From NCBI GenBank assembly GCA_023957245.1, contig JAMLHJ010000015.1:4542-68541 (forward strand): DNA of 64,000 nucleotides. Reading direction: 5' to 3'. The translations under genes were made by a program, and so were the position numbers. How positions within the stretch are numbered: the stretch's first letter is position 1; every line of letters starts with the position of its first letter. Shown one piece after another: positions 22,301 through 32,358 of the stretch. A model generated the notes under the pieces. That model was not told the DNA's origin. It did no database searches and saw nothing but the letters and a program-made list of their open reading frames with translations. Origin of the DNA: Chitinophagales bacterium (lineage in GTDB: Bacteria; Bacteroidota; Bacteroidia; Chitinophagales; JADIYW01).

Positions 22301-23059
22301 AATTGCCGTAACAAGCACTCCACTCCAGATATGGTTATTGAACAGAAAATATCGCAACCATCGATTGACTATCATAAATATCATAGCCATCATGAGTATT
22401 TCAATAATAGCTATAGGAATAATCACCAATCTTTTAGCTATCGGATTGTACTTTACATAAAAAAGAACTTTTCCTGACTGCGAATAAACAGGCAAAGTCA
22501 ATTTGCCATGAACATCTTGCCTTCCTGTGATAATCGTTCTTTTTAGTTCAGAATTCTGCAGTAAATAACCAGATTCAAGATTGCTATTTTCTACTGGATA
22601 AGTCTGATAAATAGTCAATAAAGAAATAAAGCTATATCCATTCTGCAAAGGAGCGACCTTCATCAAATGGTACGCATTATTAATTTTTATCAACTTCTCT
22701 TCATTCCCAAAAGTAGATATATTGGATACATTAGGAATGACTTTATTGGATGACCAATATATCAATTGTTGGTCTGGATTGGCTATATAAATCTTAGTCT
22801 GAGTACTACTTATATTTGAATCAATAATATCAAACAGATTTGAGGTAGAACTTAACTGCTTATCTTTTTTTAAGATTTGATAAATTTTATCAGCACTAGC
22901 TTCTTCTTGTTGAATCCATCTTGAAATAATTTTGACCGATTTACGGACAGCAAAATTTTCATTGTGATATTGATTAAAAGCATAAGAAAATATTAAAAAA
23001 AACACTCCTATCCCAAATAAAATATAATAATAGGACTGTCTCTTATTTAAAATCTTCAT
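19352..23059 (-). CDS. Large multi-TM sensor histidine kinase (HAMP-HisKA-HATPase)
   Basis: AWREMAKQVAHEIKNPLTPM, NLIKNA, DNGIGI, FTTKSSGTGLGL. Confidence 0.9.
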   Translation of the reverse strand: MKILNKRQSYYYILFGIGVFFLIFSYAFNQYHNENFAVRKSVKIISRWIQQEEASADKIYQILKKDKQLSSTSNLFDIIDSNISSTQTKIYIANPDQQLIYWSSNKVIPNVSNISTFGNEEKLIKINNAYHLMKVAPLQNGYSFISLLTIYQTYPVENSNLESGYLLQNSELKRTIITGRQDVHGKLTLPVYSQSGKVLFYVKYNPIAKRLVIIPIAIIEILMMAMIFMIVNRWLRYFLFNNHIWSGVLVTAIYFLWIEVYVNWLQIPSFTAIGNIFQYDSYASDWSDSLGELLFRVHLLHWGLRHWIRYLFVKRKLSKQFWRTVFFSFYLPFTFYFLIFIIGSLLHNSIVSFDLYRFDQIDLSTFIGILIINFSFGIMFIPVRYLQPSDFDKRFILFQIPFHISLIYLGYLLHFFENIQFVIGSLIIYLVYVRVLKWINSDKEKGTREGFSMSVILLSIYALLGAYCILFFTNERKKDLVQHYAVELASERDYAEEYDIANIVEEIKVDNFIKTYFENPYLSSFDINRRVLQRYFSKYQGKYNISIHTFNNEGMQLKGEGSKTFYALKTNRNEKGVQKISPYIYYLSVKPRGEKYMAFIEYYNEDKLIGYLVTVFTPKTFTSYSAYPELLKTSQEFSMDRKISNLSYAIYRNKRLMSVNGNYSYPINFKFSIPISGKYLYKKEGDYHHVIYRMDEKQVVVSYKDIGILSSFSYFSYLLIIQILFFYLLSLSTDYGNFWVLGRQLKRKFKLNSLQKQIQISMVSQVLISLVLIGSMTVFFFNVQYNHMHNESLKQRGHSVVDALEALYAESFVENHDEIFNNILKNKMKQLSEIFAIDMNAYDLNGKLLYSSQSEIFKGGLLSNLMNIAAYKALKIKEYSSFIHEESIGKLKYMAAYLPVTDPNGKLVAYINFPYYGKEMNIKNDISFFLMSLINIYALLIIGAVFISIWVSRAIVKPLSIITENIKDVQLGKKNSHIIWKNKDEIGHLVNEYNRMIDELEESVGLLAKSEREGAWREMAKQVAHEIKNPLTPMKLSIQYMQRAIDENRDDKEELTKQIASRLIEQIDTLSGIATAFSNFAKMPIGQPKNENIVPILLSLVDLFKTSEHVNIFTSIPEHTINVFVDKDQIVRVFTNLIKNAIQSIPEEQQVIIFIKVEEYNGYCIVSIKDNGIGIPPERIDIIFEPNFTTKSSGTGLGLAISRNIIESVDGKIWAESGAENEGSTFFVQLKTVKS

Positions 23060-23174
23060 TACAATTATCCATCTAATTCTACAAAACTAAATTAATATAA
23101 AAAATCTAAAGCATGCTATTCTTTACCCTGTACTAATAAAAGAAGTGTTCCTCATTCAAAAAATGATGAAAAAC

Positions 23175-23207
23175 AAAAAAACCCTAAGTAAAAACTTAGG
23201 GCATTTT
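23175..23207 (-). terminator. Intrinsic terminator after tRNA-Cys
   Basis: CCCTAAG...CTTAGGG hairpin followed by a T-run on the minus strand. Confidence 0.65.
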
Positions 23208-23210
23208 AAG

Positions 23211-23281
23211 AGGTCGATGGCGGATTCGAACCGCCGTACAAGCTTTTGCAGAGCTCTGCCTAGCCACTCGGCCAACCGACC
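23211..23281 (-). tRNA. tRNA-Cys (GCA)
   Basis: Minus strand GGTCGGTTGGCCGAGTGGCTAGGCAGAGCTCTGCAAAAGCTTGTACGGCGGTTCGAATCCGCCATCGACCT: cloverleaf, GCA anticodon, GTTCGAATC T-loop, U discriminator, CCA not encoded. Confidence 0.95.
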
Positions 23282-23339
23282 CTTTCAAGACTGCAAAGAT
23301 ATACATTTATTGAAATTAAAAAATCTAAGACCGAAAAAT

Positions 23340-23696
23340 TTAAATAAAAACTTCAACAGAGCTTGATTTTATCTCTCCTTCCAATGGTGGATTCAACTTG
23401 GATAGCTTCAATTTAACACTTTTCAATCTATTATCTGTAGATTTAATCGCATTGGCAATAATGATTGCTTTTTTCTCCAACAATGCACATGGTATCTTCA
23501 TTTCTGAATGAACAATATTTGCAATCCATTCATAATTATATACAGATTCTAATTTATCTTCCAATATTTCTGCTTCAGACAAATCTGCTACAACTTCTAC
23601 ATCTATTGTAAAATAACGACCTTGAACTTGCTCATCATGATAAACTCCAATATATGCCCACACTTTGATAGCTTCCACTCTGATGACAACATTCAT
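23340..23696 (-). CDS. folB: Dihydroneopterin aldolase
   Basis: AYIGVYHDEQ..G..F..DV, LLE, KLNPPL. Confidence 0.85.
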   Translation of the reverse strand: MNVVIRVEAIKVWAYIGVYHDEQVQGRYFTIDVEVVADLSEAEILEDKLESVYNYEWIANIVHSEMKIPCALLEKKAIIIANAIKSTDNRLKSVKLKLSKLNPPLEGEIKSSSVEVFI

Positions 23697-23743
23697 TTTT
23701 AAAATTTTAAAACACTAATTTAGCAAATCTTAAAACTATATCT

Positions 23744-24928
23744 ATGCTTAACATATATGCTCAGACTTATTCAGGATTTGATTATGCAATGATTGATGAA
23801 TTATTAACCGAAGAGCAAATCAATATCAGGCAATCTATTCGTGCTTGGATCAATAGAGATATCATTTCTCATATTGAGGACTGGGCACAAAATGCAACAT
23901 TCCATCCTGAAATTATGCAACAACTGGGACAGATGGGTTGTCTAGGACCACATATCCCTAAAGAATATGGAGGAGGAGGACTTGATACTATTACCTATGG
24001 TATTATCATGCAAGAATTGGAAAGAGCAGATTCTGGTATCAGAAGTTGTGCAAGTGTACAAAGCTCATTAGTTATGTACCCTATTTGGAAATTCGGTTCA
24101 GAACAACAGAAACAAAAATTTTTACCCTTACTCAGCACAGGAGAATATATTGGTTCATTTGGACTGACAGAACCCAATCATGGTAGTAATCCCAACGGAA
24201 TGGAGTGTCGTGTCAAAAAAGTACAAGGAGGATATCTTCTAAATGGCAACAAAATGTGGATCACCAATAGCCCTATTTGTCACCTAGCAGTAGTATGGGC
24301 AAAAGATGAAAACAATTATGTAATAGGCCTGATTGTCGAAAGAGCAATGCAAGGATTTTCAACCCCAACTATTCATGAAAAGTGGTCTTTAAGAACATCT
24401 ATCACAGGAGAATTGGTATTTCAAGATGTATTTATCCCTGAAGAAAATATCCTTCCAAACGCAAAAGGGTTAAAAGCTCCTTTAAGTTGCTTATCATCAG
24501 CTAGATATGGAATATCATGGGGCGCAATAGGCGCAGCAATGGATTGTTTACATTCAGCTCTTGAATACAGCAAAGATCGCTATCAGTTTGATAAACCATT
24601 AGCTGCATTTCAATTGACTCAAAAAAGATTGGCAGAATTTATTACAGAAATCACTCAAGCTCAACTCTTATCTTTCAGAATTGGACAATTAATTAATTCT
24701 GGAAAAGCAACTCCTGCACAAATCTCAATGGCAAAACGCAACAATGTGGAAATGGCATTACGCATTGCTCGTGAATCAAGACAAATATGTGGCGCAATGG
24801 GTATCACTGGAGCTTTTCCAATGATGCGACATGCCATGAACTTAGAATCTGTAATTACTTATGAAGGCACACACGAAGTTCATTTATTGATAACTGGAAT
24901 GGACATTACAGGTATAAATGCATTTTAA
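23744..24928 (+). CDS. Acyl-CoA dehydrogenase (glutaryl-CoA dehydrogenase-like)
   Basis: FGLTEPNHGSNP, KMWITNSP, ARYGISWG, TYEGTHEVH. Confidence 0.9.
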   Translation: MLNIYAQTYSGFDYAMIDELLTEEQINIRQSIRAWINRDIISHIEDWAQNATFHPEIMQQLGQMGCLGPHIPKEYGGGGLDTITYGIIMQELERADSGIRSCASVQSSLVMYPIWKFGSEQQKQKFLPLLSTGEYIGSFGLTEPNHGSNPNGMECRVKKVQGGYLLNGNKMWITNSPICHLAVVWAKDENNYVIGLIVERAMQGFSTPTIHEKWSLRTSITGELVFQDVFIPEENILPNAKGLKAPLSCLSSARYGISWGAIGAAMDCLHSALEYSKDRYQFDKPLAAFQLTQKRLAEFITEITQAQLLSFRIGQLINSGKATPAQISMAKRNNVEMALRIARESRQICGAMGITGAFPMMRHAMNLESVITYEGTHEVHLLITGMDITGINAF

Positions 24929-24967
24929 TTATTGACTAACAATGCATTACAAAAAACCTACCGACAC

Positions 24968-27900
24968 CTATAACTTAACAACTCTTTTAATATAATTCCC
25001 ATTTTTCGTAATAAACTCTAATAGATATACTCCTTGAGAATAATTATCAAGGTGAATATTTATATTATAGTTACTATGATGGTCGAATTTCTGAAGCACC
25101 CTTCCGTTAATATCTCTTAATAACAAATTTTGAACACCCAAGCCTTCAGTGTTTTCAATCTTAATATAATTGCTCGATGGGTTTGGATAAATAAGTATTG
25201 CAGAAAAATTTATATCTTCTAAACCTGTAGCTATAAATGGAATACATTCACTAGTAAATGACACTTGAGGGCAGATTGTCGAAGTAATAATAACTTTATA
25301 ATGCCCATTCTTTTCAGGTGAATAGCCAGAAGTCGTTACACCATCTATAACTTGGTTATTCTCACAATCTATCCAGATATATGTTGCATTTTGTTCGTTT
25401 ACAATCAATGAATTGCTATCAATAGATATGATTGTATCTATTACTATTCTATTCACCGTAACTGTCATTGTAGCCGAGTTCGCACATTGTCCAGCATTGG
25501 GAGTAAATGTATAAGTTGTGGTAGCGTTGGTATTCACTACTGGTGACCATGTACCTGAAATTTGTTCATTTGAGTAAGTAGGTAAATTAATATTTTCACC
25601 TTGGCAGATAGGTTGTATTTGGGTAAATGTTGGAGTTGTCTTGCTATTTACTGTAACTGTCATTGTAGCCGAGTTCGCACATTGTCCAGCATTGGGAGTA
25701 AATGTATAAGTTGTGGTAGCGTTGCTATTCACTGCTGGCGACCATGTACCTGAAATCTGTTCATTGGAATAGGTAGGTAAATTGATATTTTCACCTTGGC
25801 AGATAGGTTGTATTTGGGTAAAGGTTGGAGTTGTCTTGCTATTTACTGTAACTGTCATTGTAGCCGAGTTCGCACATTGTCCAGCATTGGGAGTAAATAT
25901 ATAAGTTGTGGTAGCGTTGCTATTCACTGCTGGTGACCATGTACCTGAAATTTGTTCATTGGAGTAGGTCGGCAAATTGATATTTTCACCTTGGCAGACA
26001 GGTTGTATTTGGGTAAAGGTTGGAGTTGTCTTGCCATTCACAATAACTGTCATTGTCGCTGTATTGGCACATTGTCCAGCATTCGGAGTAAATGTATAAG
26101 TTGTGGTAGCATTGGTATTCACCGCTGGCGACCATGTACCTGATATTTGTTCATTGGAGTAGGTAGGTAAATTGATATTTTCTCCTTGGCAGATAGGTTG
26201 TATTTGGGTAAATGTTGGAGTTATCTTGCCATTTACTGTAACAGTCATTGTTGTCGAGTTCGCACATTGTCCAGCATTTGGAGTAAATGTATAAGTTGTG
26301 GTGGCGTTGCTATTCACAGCTGGTGACCATGTACCTGAAATTTGTTCATTGGAATATGTAGGTAAATTGATATTTTCTCCTTGGCAGATAGGTTGTATTT
26401 GGGTAAATGTTGGAGTTGTCTTGCTATTTACTGTAACTGTCATTGTCGCTGTATTGGCACATTGTCCAGCGTTCGGAGTAAATGTATAAGTTGTGGTAGC
26501 ATTGGTATTCACCGCTGGTGACCATGTACCTGAAATTTGTTCATTGGAATAGGTAGGTAAATTGATATTTTCTCCTTGGCAGATAGGTTGTATTTGGGTA
26601 AATGTTGGGATTGTCTTGCCATTTACCGTAACTGTCATTGTTGTCGAGTTCGCACATTGTCCAGCATTGGGAGTAAATGTATAAGTTGTGGTAGCGTTGG
26701 AATTCACGGCTGGCGACCATGTACCTGAAATTTGTTCATTGGAGTAGGTAGGTAAATTGATATTTTCTCCTTGGCAGATAGGTTGTATTTGGGTAAATGT
26801 TGGAGTTGTCTTGCTATTTACTGTAACTGTCATTGTAGCCGAGTTCGCACATTGTCCAGCGTTTGGGGTGAATGTATAAGTTGTGGTAGCGTTGCTATTC
26901 ACTGCTGGCGACCATGTACCAGAAATCTGTTCATTAGAATAGGTAGGTAAATTGATATTTTCACCTTGGCAGATAGGTTGTATTTGGGTAAACGTAGGTG
27001 TTGTCTTGCTATTTACTATAACTGTCATTGTAGCCGAGTTGGCACATTGTCCAGCATTGGGAGTAAATGTATAAGTTGTGGTGGCGTTGCTATTCACTGC
27101 TGGTGACCATGTACCTGAAATTTGCTCATTGGAATAGGTCGGCAAATTAATATTTTCACCTTGGCAGATAGGTTGTATTTGGGTAAACGTAGGTGTTGTC
27201 TTGCCATTGACCGTAACTGTCATTGTCGCTGTATTGGCACATTGTCCAGCATTGGGAGTGAATGTATAAGTTGTGGTGGCGTTGCTATTCACAGCTGGTG
27301 ACCATGTACCTAAAATCTGTTCATTAGAATAGGTAGGTAAATTGATATTTTCTCCTTGGCAGATAGGTTGTATTTGGGTAAATGTTGGAGTTATCTTGCC
27401 ATTTACTGTAACAGTCATTGTTGTCGAGTTCGCACATTGTCCAGCATTTGGAGTAAATGTATAAGTTGTGGTAGCGTTGCTATTCACTGCTGGTGACCAT
27501 GTACCTGAAACCTGTTCATTTGAATAGGTAAGTAAATTAATATTTTCTCCTTGACAGATAGGTTGTAATTGGGTAAATGTTGGGGTTGTTTTTCCATTGA
27601 CCGTAACTGTCATTGTCGCTGTATTGGCACATTGTCCAGCATTGGGAGTAAATGTATAAGTTGTGGTAGCGTTGCTATTCACTTCTGGTGACCATGTACC
27701 TGAAATCTGTTCATTGGAGTTGGTCGGCAAATTGATATTTTCTCCTTGGCAGATAGGTTGTATTTGGGTAAATGTTGGAGTTATCTTGCCATTTACCGTA
27801 ACTGTCATTGTAGCCGAGTTCGCACATTGTCCGGCATTTGGAGTGAATGTATAAGTTGTGGTAGCGTTGGCATTCACTGCTGGTGACCATGTACCTGAAA

Positions 27901-29989
27901 TCTGTTCATTGGAGTAGGCAGGTAAATTGATATTTTCTCCTTGGCAGATAGGTTGTATTTGGGTAAATGTTGGAGTTGTCTTGCTATTTACTGTAACTGT
28001 CATTGTAGCCGAGTTCGCACATTGTCCAGCATTGGGAGTAAATGTATAAGTTGTGGTAGCGTTGGTATTCACGGCTGGCGACCATGTACCTGAAATCTGT
28101 TCATTCGAGTAGGCAGGTAAATTAATATTTTCACCTTGGCAGATAGGTTGTATTTGGGTAAATGTTGGTGTTGTAACAGTAGGGCAATCGTCAGCCAATA
28201 TATAAATACCATAATCTTCAACGTCACCGATTAAAAAATTGCTACTGCATGACCTTTTACCTGCTGTAATAGCTTGAGCATCACCTATCACCCTCATCCT
28301 CAAGACTCTATTTGTCATTGCTCCACTCGTAGGTATCGTCACATTTCCTGAAATCGTTGCTGTTTTATTTGCAGTCCCTACTCCAGAAAAGACCAATTCA
28401 TTACTTTCAAAATTTCCGTTATTATTATAGTCAATATACACTTCACATTGTTCAATATTAGTTCCATAAGACATCATAGAGATTTGTATAGGATATGTTA
28501 GGCCAGGTTTCACTATCGTACTCAATGAACAAGAATAATCAGTATATCCTTCATTCGAATACACACCAGTTGCGTTATTTATAGTATTGAATTTTACCTG
28601 ACTTACACATCTACCATAATTTCCAATATTGTTAGTAGAAGGAATACAAGCACTAATAGGACTATTAGCAACATAAATATAATCATTCACTGTACGAGCA
28701 TGAGTTCCAAATGCATTAGTTACCTGAAGTGTAACATCATAAGATCCAGGTGAATTGAATGTAAAAACGGGATTTTGTAAAGTAGAATTCAAAGTTTCAA
28801 TCCCATTTGTTAGTGTCCATTGGAAGGATATATTACTCCATTCTCCATCAGCAAGCATAGTATTGGGAATACACGATGAATTATCAAAAAATTGTACACT
28901 ATTTCCTAAACATGCAGAAGATGAAGGAGAATAAAAGTCTGCTTGAGCAATGGCAGGAGGAGTTAGAGATAAATTTCCTTGAGAAGCTAAAAATGATTTT
29001 CTAGTAGTATTCATTGCAGAAATCACTCTATCTTTTTGACCTTGAGTAAATAAGGTCGTATTGGCATCGCTACAATAGCTCATGTAGTTGTTGAGTGAAT
29101 TATTAATATCTGGAGATGAAGAACAAGTCGTCGAGCTACAATCATCCATTTTGTGAGGAGGTGTATCACAGACTCTATCTCCTTGAGTACTACAATTACC
29201 ATTTGCAGGGCAAGAACTCCCATTACCATCTCCTTCAAATGTATGATAAAGATTAAAAGCATGTCCTAATTCATGAGCCAAAGTATTAGAACGAGTATTT
29301 TTAACTGTATTGACTAGCATCACAGCACCATCAAGATTTGATCCATGCGATGAGGCAAAATAAGCATACCCTAAAATTCCTAAGCCTCCTTCATTATTAT
29401 CAATTTCTGAAACCAACCATAAATTATAATAGAGATTGGGATTCCATCTAATTGTATTTTTGAGTTGCAAATCAGTTATCCCTACATTCCCCTCTAATCT
29501 GACACCATTATTCATATAAGCAGTATTAGATGACATATTGGTATAAGTGATACCATTCGTACAATTTCCATTAGGATCTCTCACAGCTAAAGCAAACTCA
29601 ATACCAATATCCACACCATTACCATCTCCAATGGAACCAGGAACTTTACGGTATCTTTGATTCAGCACTTTTATTGCTTCTTGTATTTGTTCTACAGAGA
29701 TATCTGTCAAATGGTTTCCAGTGGACATCACATGAACAACTACTGGAATAACAATTGTTGACGCACTCTTTGAATAAATTGATGATTCAGATGATTGAAC
29801 CAATTCTTCAAAAGCCTGCATCTTTTTTCGATAATCATTATTCTCAAGCATCATCCGATTATGTATGATATCTGTTCCACATCTAGTCGCATGACTTAAA
29901 TTTGACATTGATTGGGGAGAAGAATTTTGAGCTTTAATAAAAGTTGAAAAGCATACAAAAGCTATAATAAAAATGACCCATCTTTTCAT
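24968..29989 (-). CDS. T9SS-secreted M43 (pappalysin-like) zinc metalloprotease with PKD, GEVED and tandem repeat domains
   Basis: IPVVVHV, AHELGHAFNLYHTF, NYMSY, GDVEDY, C-terminal IYPNPS...GVYLL. Confidence 0.9.
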   Translation of the reverse strand: MKRWVIFIIAFVCFSTFIKAQNSSPQSMSNLSHATRCGTDIIHNRMMLENNDYRKKMQAFEELVQSSESSIYSKSASTIVIPVVVHVMSTGNHLTDISVEQIQEAIKVLNQRYRKVPGSIGDGNGVDIGIEFALAVRDPNGNCTNGITYTNMSSNTAYMNNGVRLEGNVGITDLQLKNTIRWNPNLYYNLWLVSEIDNNEGGLGILGYAYFASSHGSNLDGAVMLVNTVKNTRSNTLAHELGHAFNLYHTFEGDGNGSSCPANGNCSTQGDRVCDTPPHKMDDCSSTTCSSSPDINNSLNNYMSYCSDANTTLFTQGQKDRVISAMNTTRKSFLASQGNLSLTPPAIAQADFYSPSSSACLGNSVQFFDNSSCIPNTMLADGEWSNISFQWTLTNGIETLNSTLQNPVFTFNSPGSYDVTLQVTNAFGTHARTVNDYIYVANSPISACIPSTNNIGNYGRCVSQVKFNTINNATGVYSNEGYTDYSCSLSTIVKPGLTYPIQISMMSYGTNIEQCEVYIDYNNNGNFESNELVFSGVGTANKTATISGNVTIPTSGAMTNRVLRMRVIGDAQAITAGKRSCSSNFLIGDVEDYGIYILADDCPTVTTPTFTQIQPICQGENINLPAYSNEQISGTWSPAVNTNATTTYTFTPNAGQCANSATMTVTVNSKTTPTFTQIQPICQGENINLPAYSNEQISGTWSPAVNANATTTYTFTPNAGQCANSATMTVTVNGKITPTFTQIQPICQGENINLPTNSNEQISGTWSPEVNSNATTTYTFTPNAGQCANTATMTVTVNGKTTPTFTQLQPICQGENINLLTYSNEQVSGTWSPAVNSNATTTYTFTPNAGQCANSTTMTVTVNGKITPTFTQIQPICQGENINLPTYSNEQILGTWSPAVNSNATTTYTFTPNAGQCANTATMTVTVNGKTTPTFTQIQPICQGENINLPTYSNEQISGTWSPAVNSNATTTYTFTPNAGQCANSATMTVIVNSKTTPTFTQIQPICQGENINLPTYSNEQISGTWSPAVNSNATTTYTFTPNAGQCANSATMTVTVNSKTTPTFTQIQPICQGENINLPTYSNEQISGTWSPAVNSNATTTYTFTPNAGQCANSTTMTVTVNGKTIPTFTQIQPICQGENINLPTYSNEQISGTWSPAVNTNATTTYTFTPNAGQCANTATMTVTVNSKTTPTFTQIQPICQGENINLPTYSNEQISGTWSPAVNSNATTTYTFTPNAGQCANSTTMTVTVNGKITPTFTQIQPICQGENINLPTYSNEQISGTWSPAVNTNATTTYTFTPNAGQCANTATMTVIVNGKTTPTFTQIQPVCQGENINLPTYSNEQISGTWSPAVNSNATTTYIFTPNAGQCANSATMTVTVNSKTTPTFTQIQPICQGENINLPTYSNEQISGTWSPAVNSNATTTYTFTPNAGQCANSATMTVTVNSKTTPTFTQIQPICQGENINLPTYSNEQISGTWSPVVNTNATTTYTFTPNAGQCANSATMTVTVNRIVIDTIISIDSNSLIVNEQNATYIWIDCENNQVIDGVTTSGYSPEKNGHYKVIITSTICPQVSFTSECIPFIATGLEDINFSAILIYPNPSSNYIKIENTEGLGVQNLLLRDINGRVLQKFDHHSNYNINIHLDNYSQGVYLLEFITKNGNYIKRVVKL
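25446..28175 (-). repeat. 14 tandem 195-bp (65-aa) intragenic repeats
   Basis: Unit TTPTFTQIQPICQGENINLPTYSNEQISGTWSPAVNSNATTTYTFTPNAGQCANSATMTVTVNSK counted 14 times. Confidence 0.95.
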
Positions 29990-30171
29990 TATAAAGAATT
30001 TTAAAGAAAATTAACTAAATTTTAAATAATTGGAAAATATTTTTATTTGATAGTTAATTTTATCTCCTAAGCTCAATTTTCAAAAGAAAGCTTTTCCCAT
30101 TTTTCTGAATAAATTCAAAATAAATATTATGCTAAATGAAATAGCAGAATTAGAAATAAAACTAAAAATCA

Positions 30172-32196
30172 TTAGTCAAAATTCATTCTCTGTATCCTTA
30201 TTGCATTTAATATTGCCAATAAAGCCACTCCTACATCTGCAAATACAGCTTCCCACATTGTAGCAACACCTCCTGCGCCAAGTATCAAAACAATCGCCTT
30301 CACACCAAATGCTAATGCAATATTTTGCCATACAACTTGCCTAGTACTTTTCCCAATCTTTATTGCCAACGGAATTTTTGATGGTCGATCATCTTGTATA
30401 ACAATATCAGCCACCTCTATTGTCCCATCACTACCCAAACCTCCCATGGCGATTCCAACATCACTCAATGCAACAACTGGTGCATCGTTTATACCATCAC
30501 CAACGAAAGCAACACTTTCACCAGATATCTTTATCTCTTTGACTTTCTTAACTTTATCATCTGGAAGTAAATCTCCATAATAATAATCAATTCCTAAAGT
30601 TTCACCTACAAGTTTGACAACAGTAGATTTGTCACCGCTCAACATTGTCGTTTTGACACCCATTGTATGCAATTTCTGAATTGTCGAAAGTGCATCTTCT
30701 TTAATCTGATCTGCTATTGTAATATAACCCACAAATTTACTATCATAAGCAACAGCAATAGTAGTATTCACGATTTCAGATGGCTGAATAGGATACAAAA
30801 TTCCAAACTTATCCATAAGCTTAAAATTTCCAGCCAAAATCTCTTTTTCATCTACAATTGCACGCAGACCATGACCAGAAATTTCTTCAATATCTTTAAG
30901 TGCTATTGAAATATCTAATTCTCCTATATACTCATGAATAGCAGTAGCAATGGGATGAGTACTATGATGTTCTAAAATATTGACAATCTTTAAAATGTAA
31001 TCTTGATCAAAATCACTATTAAAAACCACTTCTTGCACTTTAAAAACACCTTCTGTCATAGTGCCTGTCTTATCCATGACGACATGTTGTGTTTGGGCAA
31101 TAATGTCTAAAAAGTTACTCCCCTTAACGAGGATACCATGCCTACTTGCTGCACCAATCCCTCCAAAATAACCCAAAGGAATAGATATTACCAATGCACA
31201 AGGACAGGATATTACCAGAAATATCAGCGCACGATAAAGCCATTCATCAAATACATAATTGGCTACAAAAAAATAAGGTAATAAACACAAAGCTACTGCT
31301 AAAGCAACAACAATAGGAGTATATATTTTTGCAAATTTGCGTACAAATAATTCAGTCGGAGCCTTCTGCTTAGTGGCATCTTGAACTAATTCTAATATTT
31401 TGCTCAATTTACTATCAGAATAAATTTTACTCACCTTTACTAATGTAACTTTATTCAGATTCAGCATGCCCGCAAGTACTTCTTCTCCTTTATATTTGGT
31501 ATCAGGACGGCTTTCTCCAGTCAAAGATGATGTATTAAAAGCTCCTGAATCTGACAGTACAATACCATCTAAAGCTAATTTCTCTCCTGGTTTTAATTGT
31601 ATAGTCTCACCAATTTGAACATGCTTAGCTTCCACATTTACTGCCTGTCCATCTCTAATAACGGTAGCCACATCAGGTCGCTGATCCAATAATGATTTAA
31701 TATTTCTTTTGGCTTTGGAAACAGCCATCGTCTGAAAAACTTCACCTATCGAATAAAACAACATCACCGCAACAGCTTCTGGATATTCTCCAATAAAAAA
31801 AGCTCCTAATGTAGCTATTGTCATCAGCGTGAATTCTGAAAACCACTCTCCTACTTTGATACTTTGCCATGCATCTTTAATTACTGGAATGCCAACAGGT
31901 ACAAAAGCCAGTAAATATCCCGATAGTTTTATTGGAAAAGTGAACCATGAAGGTTGATAAATATGTTGCAAAAACAATACAGTAATTAGAACCACAAAAG
32001 AAACTATCGCTGGGAAAAATAATCGAACAACACTCCCATCTTCATCATGATGATGACTATGATCATGATCATGATGATGACTATGATTGTGTTGTTGAAG
32101 TTTATGATTGTGCGCTTCTGCTTGCGCCAAAATCTTTTCTTCTCTCAAGCAACACATTTGCTTACCATTACTATCATATAAATGTTGATGAGCCAT
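30172..32196 (-). CDS. Heavy-metal P1B-type ATPase (CadA/ZntA-like) with His-rich N-terminus
   Basis: SCPCAL, DKTGT, HP, GDGINDAP. Confidence 0.93.
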   Translation of the reverse strand: MAHQHLYDSNGKQMCCLREEKILAQAEAHNHKLQQHNHSHHHDHDHSHHHDEDGSVVRLFFPAIVSFVVLITVLFLQHIYQPSWFTFPIKLSGYLLAFVPVGIPVIKDAWQSIKVGEWFSEFTLMTIATLGAFFIGEYPEAVAVMLFYSIGEVFQTMAVSKAKRNIKSLLDQRPDVATVIRDGQAVNVEAKHVQIGETIQLKPGEKLALDGIVLSDSGAFNTSSLTGESRPDTKYKGEEVLAGMLNLNKVTLVKVSKIYSDSKLSKILELVQDATKQKAPTELFVRKFAKIYTPIVVALAVALCLLPYFFVANYVFDEWLYRALIFLVISCPCALVISIPLGYFGGIGAASRHGILVKGSNFLDIIAQTQHVVMDKTGTMTEGVFKVQEVVFNSDFDQDYILKIVNILEHHSTHPIATAIHEYIGELDISIALKDIEEISGHGLRAIVDEKEILAGNFKLMDKFGILYPIQPSEIVNTTIAVAYDSKFVGYITIADQIKEDALSTIQKLHTMGVKTTMLSGDKSTVVKLVGETLGIDYYYGDLLPDDKVKKVKEIKISGESVAFVGDGINDAPVVALSDVGIAMGGLGSDGTIEVADIVIQDDRPSKIPLAIKIGKSTRQVVWQNIALAFGVKAIVLILGAGGVATMWEAVFADVGVALLAILNAIRIQRMNFD

Positions 32197-32358
32197 ATTT
32201 CCCTTCTAATAATATTTACAAAATACAATTTTGAACACTAATAATCTCCGCAAATTTGAATCTTCAAATCATTGTTAATCAAAACTTCAAATTGAAAACA
32301 ATATAATAAAACTGACTTTAAAACTGTTTTTTTTAGATTTACAGCCTTAAATATTTCA

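Noticed and set aside
23211-23281. tRNA-Cys as an island integration site
   Set aside because: Flanked by housekeeping genes; I saw no duplicate of its 3' end and no integrase.
23145-23366. 73-aa ORF
   Set aside because: Antisense to tRNA-Cys and its terminator.
25446-28175. Tandem repeats as a CRISPR or non-coding array, and the + strand ORFs inside them
   Set aside because: They are in-frame 195-bp coding repeats of the minus-strand protease; the + strand ORFs are antisense shadows.
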